In this document: positions 51,132-62,362 of the stretch, one piece after another
Position numbering within the stretch: the stretch's first letter is position 1
Layout: each line of letters begins with the position of its first letter
Assembly (NCBI GenBank): GCA_020184695.1
Contig: JAANOX010000144.1
Location: 124,001-188,000 of the forward strand
Source: Histomonas meleagridis 2922-C6/04-290x
Taxonomy: Eukaryota; Protista; Parabasalia
Direction: 5' to 3'
Length of the DNA: 64,000 bases
The notes under the pieces: model-generated
Told to the model about the DNA's origin: nothing
The model's database searches: none
Seen by the model: the letters and a program-made list of their open reading frames with translations, nothing else
Position numbers and translations under genes: made by a program

Positions 51132-53171
51132 ATGAATGATCAAGAACTTGAATCATATCTAGCTAAATTCGAACAGGCCAAAAAAGATGCTATAAATAAG
51201 GCATATAAGTTTGTTAGAAAAAAATTAAAAAACGAAGCAGATATTGAGATTTTAGAAGTAAATAAACAGAGAGAAAATGAGAAACATTTACAAAAACTCA
51301 GTTTCCTTAAAATTTGCGTGCAAGATTACATACGGAAAGTTGAACATGGGATTGAAAATCTACAAAAAGCAAAAAATCTTCTTATTGAAATAAAGAAATT
51401 CATGAAAGAAATCAATGATCAAAAAGAACAAATACAGCAATTATCTATCATACAAAAATATAATGAACTAAAATCATTTTCCCAAATTTGGGAAAAACTA
51501 AATCAAACAGAAGAATTTTATAAAAATCTTTGTGAAGTAGATTCTCATATCAATGCTGTTAATAAGTTATTCCATAAAAATCCAAAAAACACATCGATTA
51601 AATGTTACTTAACAATTCAATCACTACTTGACTTTGAATCTAGTCTATTAAAAAAAGTTGTTGATCAATCATTAATACCATTTATAATATCTAAATTTAA
51701 TTCAATTCATCAAAATAAGGAACAAATATTATCTAATGCACGTTTTCAAATTAAGGTATTATTTTCAAATAATAAACCACCAAGTATTGATCAATTAATT
51801 AGGTCAAATTGGATTTTGATTTCAAATGGAGAGCAATCCTTCATAACAGAAAATTTCCATTTTTTTATTTCTGAATTGTTTGAATCAAAATTAAAAGAAG
51901 CAAACACAAGTGAACTTGATAAAAATCTTAAGAACATTATTGAAGTGTTAGATGAATTTTCTGAAAAAATAGAAAAATTAAATTATGCATTTCCACCTGA
52001 TCTAAAAATTTTTGATCTTATTGGTAATTTTTTCAGTGAAGAAACCATAAACATTACAGAGAAACTTCGTAATAATAATACTTTAACTTCTTTTTCTTTA
52101 TTATCTCTTATAAACTTTATGAAAGATATAAAATGTTCGATGAAAGTTTTACTTGGTTTTGAAACAAGTAATAACTTTGAGAATCAAATTTTCGATTTAA
52201 TAAATTTATTTGAGAAAATGGTTATTCATGAATATAATGAATTCTTAAGGAGAATCATAAGTATGGATATTAATTCCATTGAAGAAAAAAGAAATGGAAT
52301 TTTAACGACACCTGCACCAATGGATCTTATGAAAAGAGCTGAAGATGCATATAATTTTGTTAAATTATCAGGACTAAATATCATTGATGATATTGGTAAG
52401 ATGTTTATTGAAATTCTAATTGAAAGATTATTTGATTTCTCTAATTCTTTAGATAAAATCAAAAATCGTAGTTATTTGATTGCTATTTGTAATAATTCTT
52501 ATGATGCAAAAGAAATAATTCAACAAGCATTAAAAAAGAGTCCTGAAATTTTTGTAAATGGGCAAGAAAATAAACTATTTCAAGTATGGCTGATCATTAT
52601 GAAAAAAGGATTAAATTCTCTTTATAATCTTTTATATTATTCCATTATCGGGGAATATAAAAAGTTTAGAATTGACTTTGAAGATAAAATTAAACAAATT
52701 CATGGTTTCATAGATAATATAAATTCACATCTTTTAGAACCTCTTTTTCATAAATTCATGAATATTTTCTGTAAAAATATTGTTCCACATTATATATGTA
52801 GTTATTTTACTAAAGTTGAGAATCCTTCTAATTTTAAACAAAGAGTAGAGAACGAATGCAACTTACTTATAGGATTTTTTGAAGAAAACCAAAATGATTT
52901 TACCACCAAAACAATAAAATTAATAAAAACATTTAGTGATTTTATGACTACACCATTTCAAGAAGATATTCATCTATTATATGTTTTAATAGCCAGAGAA
53001 TTAACTGACTTTACTCCAAAATTAGCTGGCCTTTGCCTTAAAAACAGACCAGATGCTACAAAGCAAGCAAAAAGTGTAGATGAAGTTGTGAAAAGTTTTT
53101 CAATAATGTATGAGAACATAGAAAAGAAAGAAGAAGATCATATTTTTAGTGATATCATGAAGACAAAATAA
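51132..53171 (+). CDS. SEC6: Exocyst subunit Sec6/EXOC3-like (679 aa)
   Basis: N-terminal coiled coil and helical rod; LTTPAPMDLMK and YLIAICNN match Sec6. Confidence 0.6.
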   Translation: MNDQELESYLAKFEQAKKDAINKAYKFVRKKLKNEADIEILEVNKQRENEKHLQKLSFLKICVQDYIRKVEHGIENLQKAKNLLIEIKKFMKEINDQKEQIQQLSIIQKYNELKSFSQIWEKLNQTEEFYKNLCEVDSHINAVNKLFHKNPKNTSIKCYLTIQSLLDFESSLLKKVVDQSLIPFIISKFNSIHQNKEQILSNARFQIKVLFSNNKPPSIDQLIRSNWILISNGEQSFITENFHFFISELFESKLKEANTSELDKNLKNIIEVLDEFSEKIEKLNYAFPPDLKIFDLIGNFFSEETINITEKLRNNNTLTSFSLLSLINFMKDIKCSMKVLLGFETSNNFENQIFDLINLFEKMVIHEYNEFLRRIISMDINSIEEKRNGILTTPAPMDLMKRAEDAYNFVKLSGLNIIDDIGKMFIEILIERLFDFSNSLDKIKNRSYLIAICNNSYDAKEIIQQALKKSPEIFVNGQENKLFQVWLIIMKKGLNSLYNLLYYSIIGEYKKFRIDFEDKIKQIHGFIDNINSHLLEPLFHKFMNIFCKNIVPHYICSYFTKVENPSNFKQRVENECNLLIGFFEENQNDFTTKTIKLIKTFSDFMTTPFQEDIHLLYVLIARELTDFTPKLAGLCLKNRPDATKQAKSVDEVVKSFSIMYENIEKKEEDHIFSDIMKTK

Positions 53172-53547
53172 AACCTGATCAATGCAAACATTATAACTTC
53201 TCTTTTAAATTCACTGATTATAAAAACAAAACCATTAATGCATATAATAAACTGTGGAAATAGAGTTTAACTTTTAAAAAAGTTTAACAGGGTTAATGTA
53301 TAACTTAACTTTACTACATAAGTTTTTATATATAATAGCTCGTATAGTTAAGTTTTCAACCACCTTTTCTAATTTTATAAAGTATTAACAAACAAGAGGC
53401 GAGGAAAGAACAATTTCGTAAACGAGAGTATTGACACCAAAACTTAAATTTGTTTCGATTCGACAATGAATTTATGCGTTAACAAAATATATAAATAAAA
53501 ACTTAACACAACTCAATAACATATTATATCGTTAAACTGTTTACTGA

Positions 53548-55329
53548 TTACACTCTTGTCATACGTACTTCGTTAAGTATGCTCGATGCCTCCTTAAGCG
53601 CTTTGATTAATTCGACGCATTTCTTCCTTCTTGCAGCTACTTCCGGATCCTCTGTAAGGTTTGGCTTCAACACGAGTCTCTTGAATAACTCATGTCTTAA
53701 GTATTCAGTTGATTGCTTAATAAGAATTCGATGAATTCCTTTTGCAATTTGATCTTCAACTTCTCTCCGACAAATTAAGAAATATCTTTCAGATAATTCG
53801 AGAAGAAGTTCAACATTACTTTGTAATGATCCAGTTTGTAAATGCGCTTTTGTCTTTTCTTTAAATGTTGGATATTCAGAGTTAATATATGCTTCTTGTG
53901 TATCAATGAAATCCTTAATAAATAATGTGCATTCCTCAAGTGTTTCTTTGGCAATGTCTAAGATAGATTGCGATAAAAGAGCTTTCGCTTTTGGAAATCG
54001 ATCTAACTCAGCAAGGTGCACTTTTTCGTGTAACTCCATCAAACGGTGGTGCACCATTTCAGCGGCTTCAATTGAAGGGGCTCTCAATTTTTCAATATAT
54101 TCGATCGTTAACCGTGTGAATGTTGCCTCGGGGAAGAACAATGCCCTTTGAATGCCACTATTAGCTTCAATCATGTTAGCTACATCTTCTCTCTTCATAG
54201 TAGTCGGTAATGGAATAGTATTTAACTTTGCAGGGAAATCATTAACAAGATAACTCATCAAATAATAACCACCATCGATACCTGTAGCTCTTAATTCATC
54301 CGAAGTACCAAGCAATAATGAGTTGTAGATAGACAAATAATGTTCAATCATCTTATATAAAAGCATTTGTTGTTCTTCAACATTATCACCAAATGTTTCA
54401 CCATACCCTTCAAGCTCAGCTTTCTTACGTCTTAACAATTCATTTATTTCATTATGAACGGTTGGAAGATGTTTCTTAATATGTTTCATCAAAATCTGAT
54501 TAAGTGTACTTGCAAGATATGGATAACCATTAACATCAGCAATATCTCTATAGTCATTACTTGTTACAAAGAATCGATGTTCTTCTTCAAGTACTTTGCT
54601 CATCGGTTTCTTAGAATTAATATCTTGTTGTGAACGATTTACAACGCCAATAAAGCCTAACTTAAGCGGATAAACTTTGTTTGTGAGGATGTCACGTGCA
54701 TTTGTACCCTTATCCATAATATCAAGTTTTGTCAAAACACCAATTGTACGGTCACCTTGTGGATCTACCTCTTTAGCAATGAGAAGGGAATCTGAATTTG
54801 CGATATCAGAGTTTGCTGGTGATATTGCAAGAATTATTGAATTTTCAGGTTTGATATATTTAAGCACCATATTACGGATAAGTTGTGGAAGATCATGAGA
54901 TTGTCCTTCTGTTGCTACTTTGGTTAAACCTGGAAGATCGACTAATGTAAGATTTAAAACATTAGGTGAATAAACTTTAAGACTAATTGGTGCATCAGTA
55001 ACACCTTTATCATGACATACACGTTCAGTTTCATCTTCAATTTCTTTACGAACAAGATCGAAATTCGTAAATTTTTTGTCTGGAAGATGAAGGAAATAAG
55101 CATATTCTTCAGGTGTGTTAGTATGATTAAGTTGGAGTATGAGAGGACGACGTGTTACAATTCCAGAACCACGTGGAAGGAAATCTTTTTGAACTAATGA
55201 TTCAAGAACTGAAGATTTACCGCAACTTTGGCAACCAACAACGACAATCTGAGGGAGATTAATCGAGTCATTACCAACTCTAGCGAACACATCCTGTAAT
55301 TTGTTTAAAACAGGAATTAGCGTCTGCAT
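53548..55329 (-). CDS. Dynamin-related protein (593 aa)
   Basis: PQIVVVGCQSCGKSSVLE, LPRGSGIVTRRPL, TLVDLPGLTK, TIGVLTKLDIMDKGT and a GED-like C-terminus. Confidence 0.97.
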   Translation of the reverse strand: MQTLIPVLNKLQDVFARVGNDSINLPQIVVVGCQSCGKSSVLESLVQKDFLPRGSGIVTRRPLILQLNHTNTPEEYAYFLHLPDKKFTNFDLVRKEIEDETERVCHDKGVTDAPISLKVYSPNVLNLTLVDLPGLTKVATEGQSHDLPQLIRNMVLKYIKPENSIILAISPANSDIANSDSLLIAKEVDPQGDRTIGVLTKLDIMDKGTNARDILTNKVYPLKLGFIGVVNRSQQDINSKKPMSKVLEEEHRFFVTSNDYRDIADVNGYPYLASTLNQILMKHIKKHLPTVHNEINELLRRKKAELEGYGETFGDNVEEQQMLLYKMIEHYLSIYNSLLLGTSDELRATGIDGGYYLMSYLVNDFPAKLNTIPLPTTMKREDVANMIEANSGIQRALFFPEATFTRLTIEYIEKLRAPSIEAAEMVHHRLMELHEKVHLAELDRFPKAKALLSQSILDIAKETLEECTLFIKDFIDTQEAYINSEYPTFKEKTKAHLQTGSLQSNVELLLELSERYFLICRREVEDQIAKGIHRILIKQSTEYLRHELFKRLVLKPNLTEDPEVAARRKKCVELIKALKEASSILNEVRMTRV

Positions 55330-55738
55330 CGAATGGCGGTTTTGACACGGACCGTTGATATAAAATTAGCCATTACCAAATTCTCATATTCTCTTCATGA
55401 AATCATGGGAATAAAGAAATAAAAACGTCAAATGTCCAAATGTTTAATATTATTTTTAATTAAATTATATTAAAACATTTTTTTACATCTTCAATGATTC
55501 AAGTCTTTATTTAGGTTAAATATTAATTATAGTAACATTAAATTAGTATGTTATTAAAATATATATCGATTATTTATGCTATATTGATGTTTTTCTCCAT
55601 TATAAAATGGAAAAAGTCCGGAGACAATTAGCTAGAATTATTATGATTTGACAGCGGTTTTTGCGAAAAATATACTTTTTGAACCCGTATCGGTGGCAAA
55701 CGTGTTTTGTATGAAACCTCTGCGGTTTTTCAAACAAA

Positions 55739-58700
55739 ATGGAAGAATTCCAACTTGAAAGTCTCATCGAACTGAATAAGCATGGTGAGCGTCTATTAGC
55801 AGGTATGTATGACATTATCAAGTCCTTTGGTACATCCGAATTTCAGAGCATCCTTACCTCTGAAGTTCAGAAAAAATTCCGACCTGAATCTAAGAAAATC
55901 CCACAAGCACCTCGAAACTTAAAGTCAGGTGATACCTACAACACACTTCAACGTCCCTACACTATTCTAGCACACTTCCGTCAATTTCAAGCATTAGCTT
56001 TAAAGACCCTTCAATTATGTAAGAACCAAACACCTACTATTAGCTTTGTTGAAAGATATCCACTTACTCTTAATCTTATTCAACTTTACAACACCTATGT
56101 TAAATTACATATTTTACTTACACAATATGATGACTTCACAACCATTGTAAATCTTTACAGGTGGGCACTTGAAGCTGTTTCTAAGGGCACTGATCCTAAT
56201 GGTGAACTTTTAGATAAATTTCTTCATGAAAGATCTTCAGTCAAGTCACTTGAATCAGAGCTTCAATTTCTTAATGAGCCAATACTTAATTTGCTTTCCA
56301 CCTTTACACCGTCCATAGTTCTTATCATTGGACATCCGACATCCAATTTATGGGATAAGTTAACCTTATCCGAAGAACCAAAATATAACAACAGCGATAC
56401 ATTTCTTACAATTGATCAACTTACAATGATTCATCTTCGTGAAATCTGTGATTTCTTCTTATGTTTTGGTTTTGTTTCAATGCAATCACTTAATCAACAA
56501 CTTGGCCAAGCGTTCCAACTTATCTATAAGTATTGTTTATCTATCCAATTATGTGGCGATATCTTTATCGAACTTAAGACATTATGGAACTTATTCAAGA
56601 AGAACAAGAAACTTGAATTTGATACATCATTTGTTGAAACAGCAGAAAGTGATTATTCAAAGATTCGGCCAACACAAGAAAACAAGCGACTTAAGATCTC
56701 TGTACTTATTCGTGATTTTATTTCAGCATCTGAAGTCGATGCGTCATTATTAAGTACCAAATTTGGAGTAGCATTTTCATTATTAGGATTTGCAGGTTTT
56801 GAAATCAAGAATGCATTTCGTATTAAAGCTACTAAACCTAACTTACCAAGTAGTAATCATTCTATCTCGGAATTAGTTTATTTATATGGCAAACTTACCG
56901 TTATTTATCTTAAGTCTATACCAGATATTCAACGATTTGTTATCTATAATATTCGAGAATTTGATGCACCTTATATTGATACATTAGCACATTCATTTAC
57001 ATTATCACAATCGATTTATGATCAATTAACTATGTTAATAGCAGCAATGAGAACTATTGATATAGCACAATATGATCAAGGTACTACATATGACTTATCT
57101 AAGTTATTAGGTTTAATTTATAGTCTCTTTACAGCATTTGGAAGATTCTCAATTAATCATGGAGCTTCACATTTAGTTCCATTATTACGATTACTTTCAG
57201 GTGTATACTTTAGAATGAATTTATTCCAAAACACATTTTTAACAATATTACAAATATCAAAGATATCTACATTTTGGGCTCATATTAATCAAATCTCTGA
57301 ATATGTAGGTGATACTAAATTTAATGAATCATGTTATAACATTGGAGCAATTTTATTAGTACATTATTGTTCAATGGATAATGCATCAATATCAGAAATT
57401 CGTAGTTTACCAAGTACATTAAAGAATCATTATCAAGTCTTATATAAAACAATTTCAAATTCAATCAGAGATTTATGTGATGAATTACAAAATGAACATT
57501 ATGCGAAATTACGTAAACAAATGTTAGCTAATAATTTAATGAGTGATAAAGCACAATCATTAGGTAATGAAAGTTCGAACAAAGCACGTAAAGAAATATT
57601 ACCAATTGCAAGTACAACACGTAAAATTGGATATTCAATGATGATAGCACAAGAAATTGGAGTAGTTAATATCTGTGGAGAAGAACATAATTTACCAGAA
57701 GAATTACGTAAAGATTTACAAATGTATATGGTTGAAATGTTTAGTAGTGAACATTTACATCCACCAGTTGAAGTTATACGTGAATTACAAACAGCACGAT
57801 GGATTATGCAAGTTGTATGTTCAAGTGGAGCAATGAGTTTACCAATTACATTATATAATAGTTATCATACATTATCAGATGGTGTTGAATCAGCATTTGT
57901 TAAAATGTATAGGAATGCATATTCAGGTGTTATTGTTAATAAGTTAATACCAATTAGTTTTTATAGTAATTCACAAGATGCATTTTTACCAATGCCAGGT
58001 AAAGATAATATATCACCTGCGCAATATATATCCGAACCAGCATTTCAATCATTACAAGCATTAATAGGTAAAGAAGGATGTTCATTAATCATTGATTCAA
58101 TTAATAATACAATTGGTGAAAAGATTAAACAATTAGCACAAACATTAAATAAATTATCGAATAGTGTTAAATCAGAAGTATCTTATCCATCATTTAATGA
58201 TCCAGAAGGATTATTACATAATATTATTACCTTAGGTTCTATTTTACAAGTTCGTTCTATGATTAATGAATATACAACAAATAATAATTCAGGTGTTAAA
58301 CCACATTTAGATAATAATTTCATGAATATAATTAACGAATCTTTAAATGGTATTGACTTATTCGGTGATAGTAATGATGGTAAGTTTAAGTTCTTAGCTA
58401 TCATAGCGTCATTATTCTCATTACAATATTGGGAATGTTTCGATTATGACGCTTCGAATGATGCTATTAAAGATAACTCACATTTGATATCAAGAGTATT
58501 GGACGTGTTCATAGCTTATGCACTATACCAAAACAAAATTAAGGCACCGGCTGACGCGTACGCATACTTCTTCACAATGTTCGCCAAAAGTATTCAATGC
58601 GGTATGGAACACTTCAAGTCGAACAAGAAAGTGAACTACCCGGGATCAAATATGCTGATACTGGCCGACTTGTTCGTAAGGTGCTCTGACTACGCTGACT

Positions 58701-58825
58701 ACGGTGCTTTGGAGCAGGCTGTGTCTTACCAGTTGATTAGGTCAATATACGCAACAATACTGATGAGTGGACAAAATAACTCGAAGAAAGCTCAGGACGC
58801 CGGTGAAGGCAAGTCAAAGAAATGA
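55739..58825 (+). CDS. NCKAP1: NCKAP1/Nap1/Hem, WAVE-regulatory-complex subunit (1028 aa)
   Basis: ESLIELNKHGERLLAGMYDIIK matches Hem [22 protein letters not shown]. Also DASNDAIKDNSHLIS and LEQAVSYQLIRSIY. Confidence 0.7.
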   Translation: MEEFQLESLIELNKHGERLLAGMYDIIKSFGTSEFQSILTSEVQKKFRPESKKIPQAPRNLKSGDTYNTLQRPYTILAHFRQFQALALKTLQLCKNQTPTISFVERYPLTLNLIQLYNTYVKLHILLTQYDDFTTIVNLYRWALEAVSKGTDPNGELLDKFLHERSSVKSLESELQFLNEPILNLLSTFTPSIVLIIGHPTSNLWDKLTLSEEPKYNNSDTFLTIDQLTMIHLREICDFFLCFGFVSMQSLNQQLGQAFQLIYKYCLSIQLCGDIFIELKTLWNLFKKNKKLEFDTSFVETAESDYSKIRPTQENKRLKISVLIRDFISASEVDASLLSTKFGVAFSLLGFAGFEIKNAFRIKATKPNLPSSNHSISELVYLYGKLTVIYLKSIPDIQRFVIYNIREFDAPYIDTLAHSFTLSQSIYDQLTMLIAAMRTIDIAQYDQGTTYDLSKLLGLIYSLFTAFGRFSINHGASHLVPLLRLLSGVYFRMNLFQNTFLTILQISKISTFWAHINQISEYVGDTKFNESCYNIGAILLVHYCSMDNASISEIRSLPSTLKNHYQVLYKTISNSIRDLCDELQNEHYAKLRKQMLANNLMSDKAQSLGNESSNKARKEILPIASTTRKIGYSMMIAQEIGVVNICGEEHNLPEELRKDLQMYMVEMFSSEHLHPPVEVIRELQTARWIMQVVCSSGAMSLPITLYNSYHTLSDGVESAFVKMYRNAYSGVIVNKLIPISFYSNSQDAFLPMPGKDNISPAQYISEPAFQSLQALIGKEGCSLIIDSINNTIGEKIKQLAQTLNKLSNSVKSEVSYPSFNDPEGLLHNIITLGSILQVRSMINEYTTNNNSGVKPHLDNNFMNIINESLNGIDLFGDSNDGKFKFLAIIASLFSLQYWECFDYDASNDAIKDNSHLISRVLDVFIAYALYQNKIKAPADAYAYFFTMFAKSIQCGMEHFKSNKKVNYPGSNMLILADLFVRCSDYADYGALEQAVSYQLIRSIYATILMSGQNNSKKAQDAGEGKSKK

Positions 58826-59300
58826 GTGAGCACAGAGCAATAAAAAGTACCTGTGAAACGTTTTGTTTGGTGTGAATTCTTTCGCATGAATCAAATTTTG
58901 GTTCGTTCTCTTTTAATGTTCTTTTTCATTTTGTTATTATTTCATCAAATTTTGTGTAATTGAAGAATTTTTATATCGGAAAGGACGCGATAAATCAAAA
59001 ATTGACAAGAAGATTTATTTGGTGCAAGTAGAGTTAAATGTATAAAGTTATTCATATGTTTTTCAAACGCATATGTCAATAAATCTTTTTACTTATGAAT
59101 CTAAAGTGGTTGGGACCCCAAACACTTCAGTTTTTGAATATAAATCCGATGATTTTTCATTCATTCGATTCTATCGTTGGGAAACCTTTCTGCAACCACT
59201 TTAAAGAAACAATAATGATTTTTAAAAAAGTGTGAAAAAATCACAAATCAGTAATTGATGAGGGAAAAGAATGTTACAAAAACAAAAAAACCTTTACAAA

Positions 59301-60578
59301 CTACGCGTCGAAGTTGCTTCCTTTCTTCCTGCACAGCGCACTTTTCCTTATTATCTTAACAATAATATTTACAGCTAGAAATGCGTTCATTGCTATGAAA
59401 GGAAATAAATCGAAATTTCTATCATCGAGTTCAATATTTGACGCTTCTTTCAGCATTGCTCCGATTGTCCAACTTAGGTCCACTCCGTCTATGTTATCTA
59501 TCTTCATAACATTTGTTGTGTTATCATTAAAATGATAAACTTTCGTCAGAACATTCCATTGGTAAATTCCGTACCAACAATAATTAACAACATACGAATT
59601 ATGTGGATATTCCCGTTCAATACTTTCCCAATCTCTCGAACAGAATTCAGTAGTTCTTTGCCGAAGTTCACTTAAAGTCGAATTCGAACGAAGTTTAAGA
59701 AAATCGTTCAAATAGAAATACGCAGCCATTGCAACGTATTCATTCGTAGCGTTGGGAACAACAACATCAGTGATCTCAGGTTGAGAAAGAAGAACACTTT
59801 CAACTAACTGTGTGCATTCATGAAAATTTCCAGTTCCACTAAAATTGAATAATTTATGATGACCAGAATAATTGACGGGATAACATGGATTATGGTGATT
59901 ATCATGACTTTCAAGATAATTGGTTATTGTTTTAAGTGCTTCATTGGCACCATAACCAAGATAGGAATGTGAAAAAATTGTGATGCGATGATGATTACCA
60001 AGATTGACTGTATGCTCATCTGGAGAGCCGCTGAGCTTTTTAATACGAAATGAGATTTGACTGGAGGCACCACCCATATCAAGTGCACCAATTGTGGATT
60101 TAGATGTTAATCTCCCAAGAAGATGATTGACGGATAACCATCCAAAAATGCCTTCTTCAACACCAGTGATGGCTTGGACGTAACGAGGTTTTAACTTAAA
60201 GGGTGAATTTTTTTGGAGATATTCGTATGTTTGTGAAATGACACGAAGTTGATCTTCTTCTGATAAAAGCCGAACACCTGCTGTTGCAAAAACAAAAATT
60301 CGTGTTGTCGGATAATTCTCTGGTGGAATTCTTTTCATTGAAAATTTGATGATTGGTTTGAAAATAAATTCAATGATTGATGAATTCTTGTGTGCCTTTG
60401 CAAGTGGTATTTTGCTTTTATATACCCACCCATTCGTTCGATTTGGAGCTGGATTTACATTTGGAATTCCTTTTGATTTCTCCCATTTGTAAATATGAGC
60501 TCTTGTTCCAGAGCTTCCAGCATCAACCATAATAGCATATTTAATCACTTTTGCTCTTACAAGGAGCAAAAGGATCAT
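59301..60578 (-). CDS. GDA1/CD39 nucleoside triphosphate diphosphohydrolase (apyrase), 425 aa
   Basis: ACR1 VDAGSSGTR, ACR2 ATAGVR, ACR3 ITGVEEG..W, ACR4 DMGGASSQ and ACR5 SWTIG; N- and C-terminal hydrophobic segments. Start is ATG 60578. Confidence 0.95.
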   Translation of the reverse strand: MILLLLVRAKVIKYAIMVDAGSSGTRAHIYKWEKSKGIPNVNPAPNRTNGWVYKSKIPLAKAHKNSSIIEFIFKPIIKFSMKRIPPENYPTTRIFVFATAGVRLLSEEDQLRVISQTYEYLQKNSPFKLKPRYVQAITGVEEGIFGWLSVNHLLGRLTSKSTIGALDMGGASSQISFRIKKLSGSPDEHTVNLGNHHRITIFSHSYLGYGANEALKTITNYLESHDNHHNPCYPVNYSGHHKLFNFSGTGNFHECTQLVESVLLSQPEITDVVVPNATNEYVAMAAYFYLNDFLKLRSNSTLSELRQRTTEFCSRDWESIEREYPHNSYVVNYCWYGIYQWNVLTKVYHFNDNTTNVMKIDNIDGVDLSWTIGAMLKEASNIELDDRNFDLFPFIAMNAFLAVNIIVKIIRKSALCRKKGSNFDA

Positions 60579-60986
60579 TCCCTCGAAAACCCCACAATTC
60601 GAAACAAAAAGTCGATGACAACTCACAATTTTTGTGTTAAGTTGGCTGAACTCCTTTAAGCTCTTTTTTATTCTTGTTGCGATTCCTTAACGAATATATT
60701 TTCAAATTATCGCATTACGTTTTTTCTTCATTTATTATCTGTTTATTTCAACACAAGTATGATTCTTAATAATTTCAATACAAGTAACATTGAAAAAAAT
60801 TATATCTATAAATCGGCATTTTTACTTAATTTTTGTGTGTTAGCTTTCAATCTGGATCTGCTTATTCTTCTTCTTCTTCCATTAGACCAAAAAATTCCTT
60901 TACGTATTCAATGGTAACCATTTCATAAATATAAAACAAAAGGAAATTTGAAAAACGATTTTAAGAAAATTAAATGAAAATATAAC

Positions 60987-61292
<306 letters not shown>

Positions 61293-61703
61293 TTAATAAA
61301 TGATTTTCATCCTCATTCATTTCAAATATCACAATTTAGGCGCCTTTTCTAATCAAAAAGTGAGAACCATTTAATGTCATTTTAGTCTATATTTTTAATC
61401 TTTTCAATTGAAATCATCTTCATATAATTTTTCGGGGTTTAAAACGTCATTTACAAAAGCCATTTTAGTCCGCCATATTTTGAAATAGAAAAAATTCATG
61501 AATTGAATAAAAATGGCGGGGTTTCTCGACCATTTATAACCCCGCGCTTTTTTCAAAACATCATAAATGTCATTTTACTCCATTGTTTTTTTGCAATTCA
61601 TTTAAATAAAATTTCATTTAATTTAACATGGACTAAAATGGCATTAAAAAAAGCAAACTTTTTCTGCCGCCATAAAACCGTAAATTATTTATCATAATTA
61701 TAA
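61293..61703. promoter_or_regulatory. Divergent H4/H3 promoter with repeated GCCATTTT / GTCATTTT / AAAATGGC motifs
   Basis: At least eight copies in both orientations within 411 nt; TCATTTT matches the trichomonad initiator. Confidence 0.6.
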
Positions 61704-62120
61704 ATGGCTCGTACAAAACAAACAGCTCGTAAATCTACTGGTGGTAAGACTCCACGTAAGTCACTCGGTGCTAAGGCAGCTCGTAAGTCAACACCAGTTG
61801 TTGATTCACAAGGCGCTAAGAAGCAACATCGTTTCAGACCAGGTACAGTCGCTCTTCGTGAAATCCGTAAATATCAAAAGAGCACAGATCTCCTTATCCG
61901 TAAGCTTCCATTCCAACGTCTTGTTCGTGAAATCGCATCTGGATTCCGTGGTGATCTTCGTTTCCAATCATCTGCTATTGCAGCTCTCCAAGAAGCATCC
62001 GAAGCATACCTTGTAGGTCTCTTTGAAGATACAAACCTTTGCGCTATCCATGCTAACCGTGTCACAATTATGGAACGTGATGTTCAACTTGCCCAAAGAA
62101 TCCGTGGAGAACGTAACTAA
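61704..62120 (+). CDS. H3: Histone H3
   Basis: [47 protein letters not shown], a trichomonad-type tail. Confidence 0.99.
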   Translation: MARTKQTARKSTGGKTPRKSLGAKAARKSTPVVDSQGAKKQHRFRPGTVALREIRKYQKSTDLLIRKLPFQRLVREIASGFRGDLRFQSSAIAALQEASEAYLVGLFEDTNLCAIHANRVTIMERDVQLAQRIRGERN

Positions 62121-62362
62121 AAGGAAATTTTTGTTTTATTCATTCGAATTTTTATGTAAAAACTCAATTTTCAGATTTTTGATTTTTGCGTTTAAACGGT
62201 CGTTAAGATACAATTAATTTTTACAAAGAAAAACCTGTATCCTCTACAAGGGAGTCTTCTCTTAAGGGTTAAGAGATTCAACAAATGCTTTATAAAAGAA
62301 ATTTATTATCAAAATAATTTTTTTTTGAAAATGTTGATATTATATAATTATAAAATTACAAT

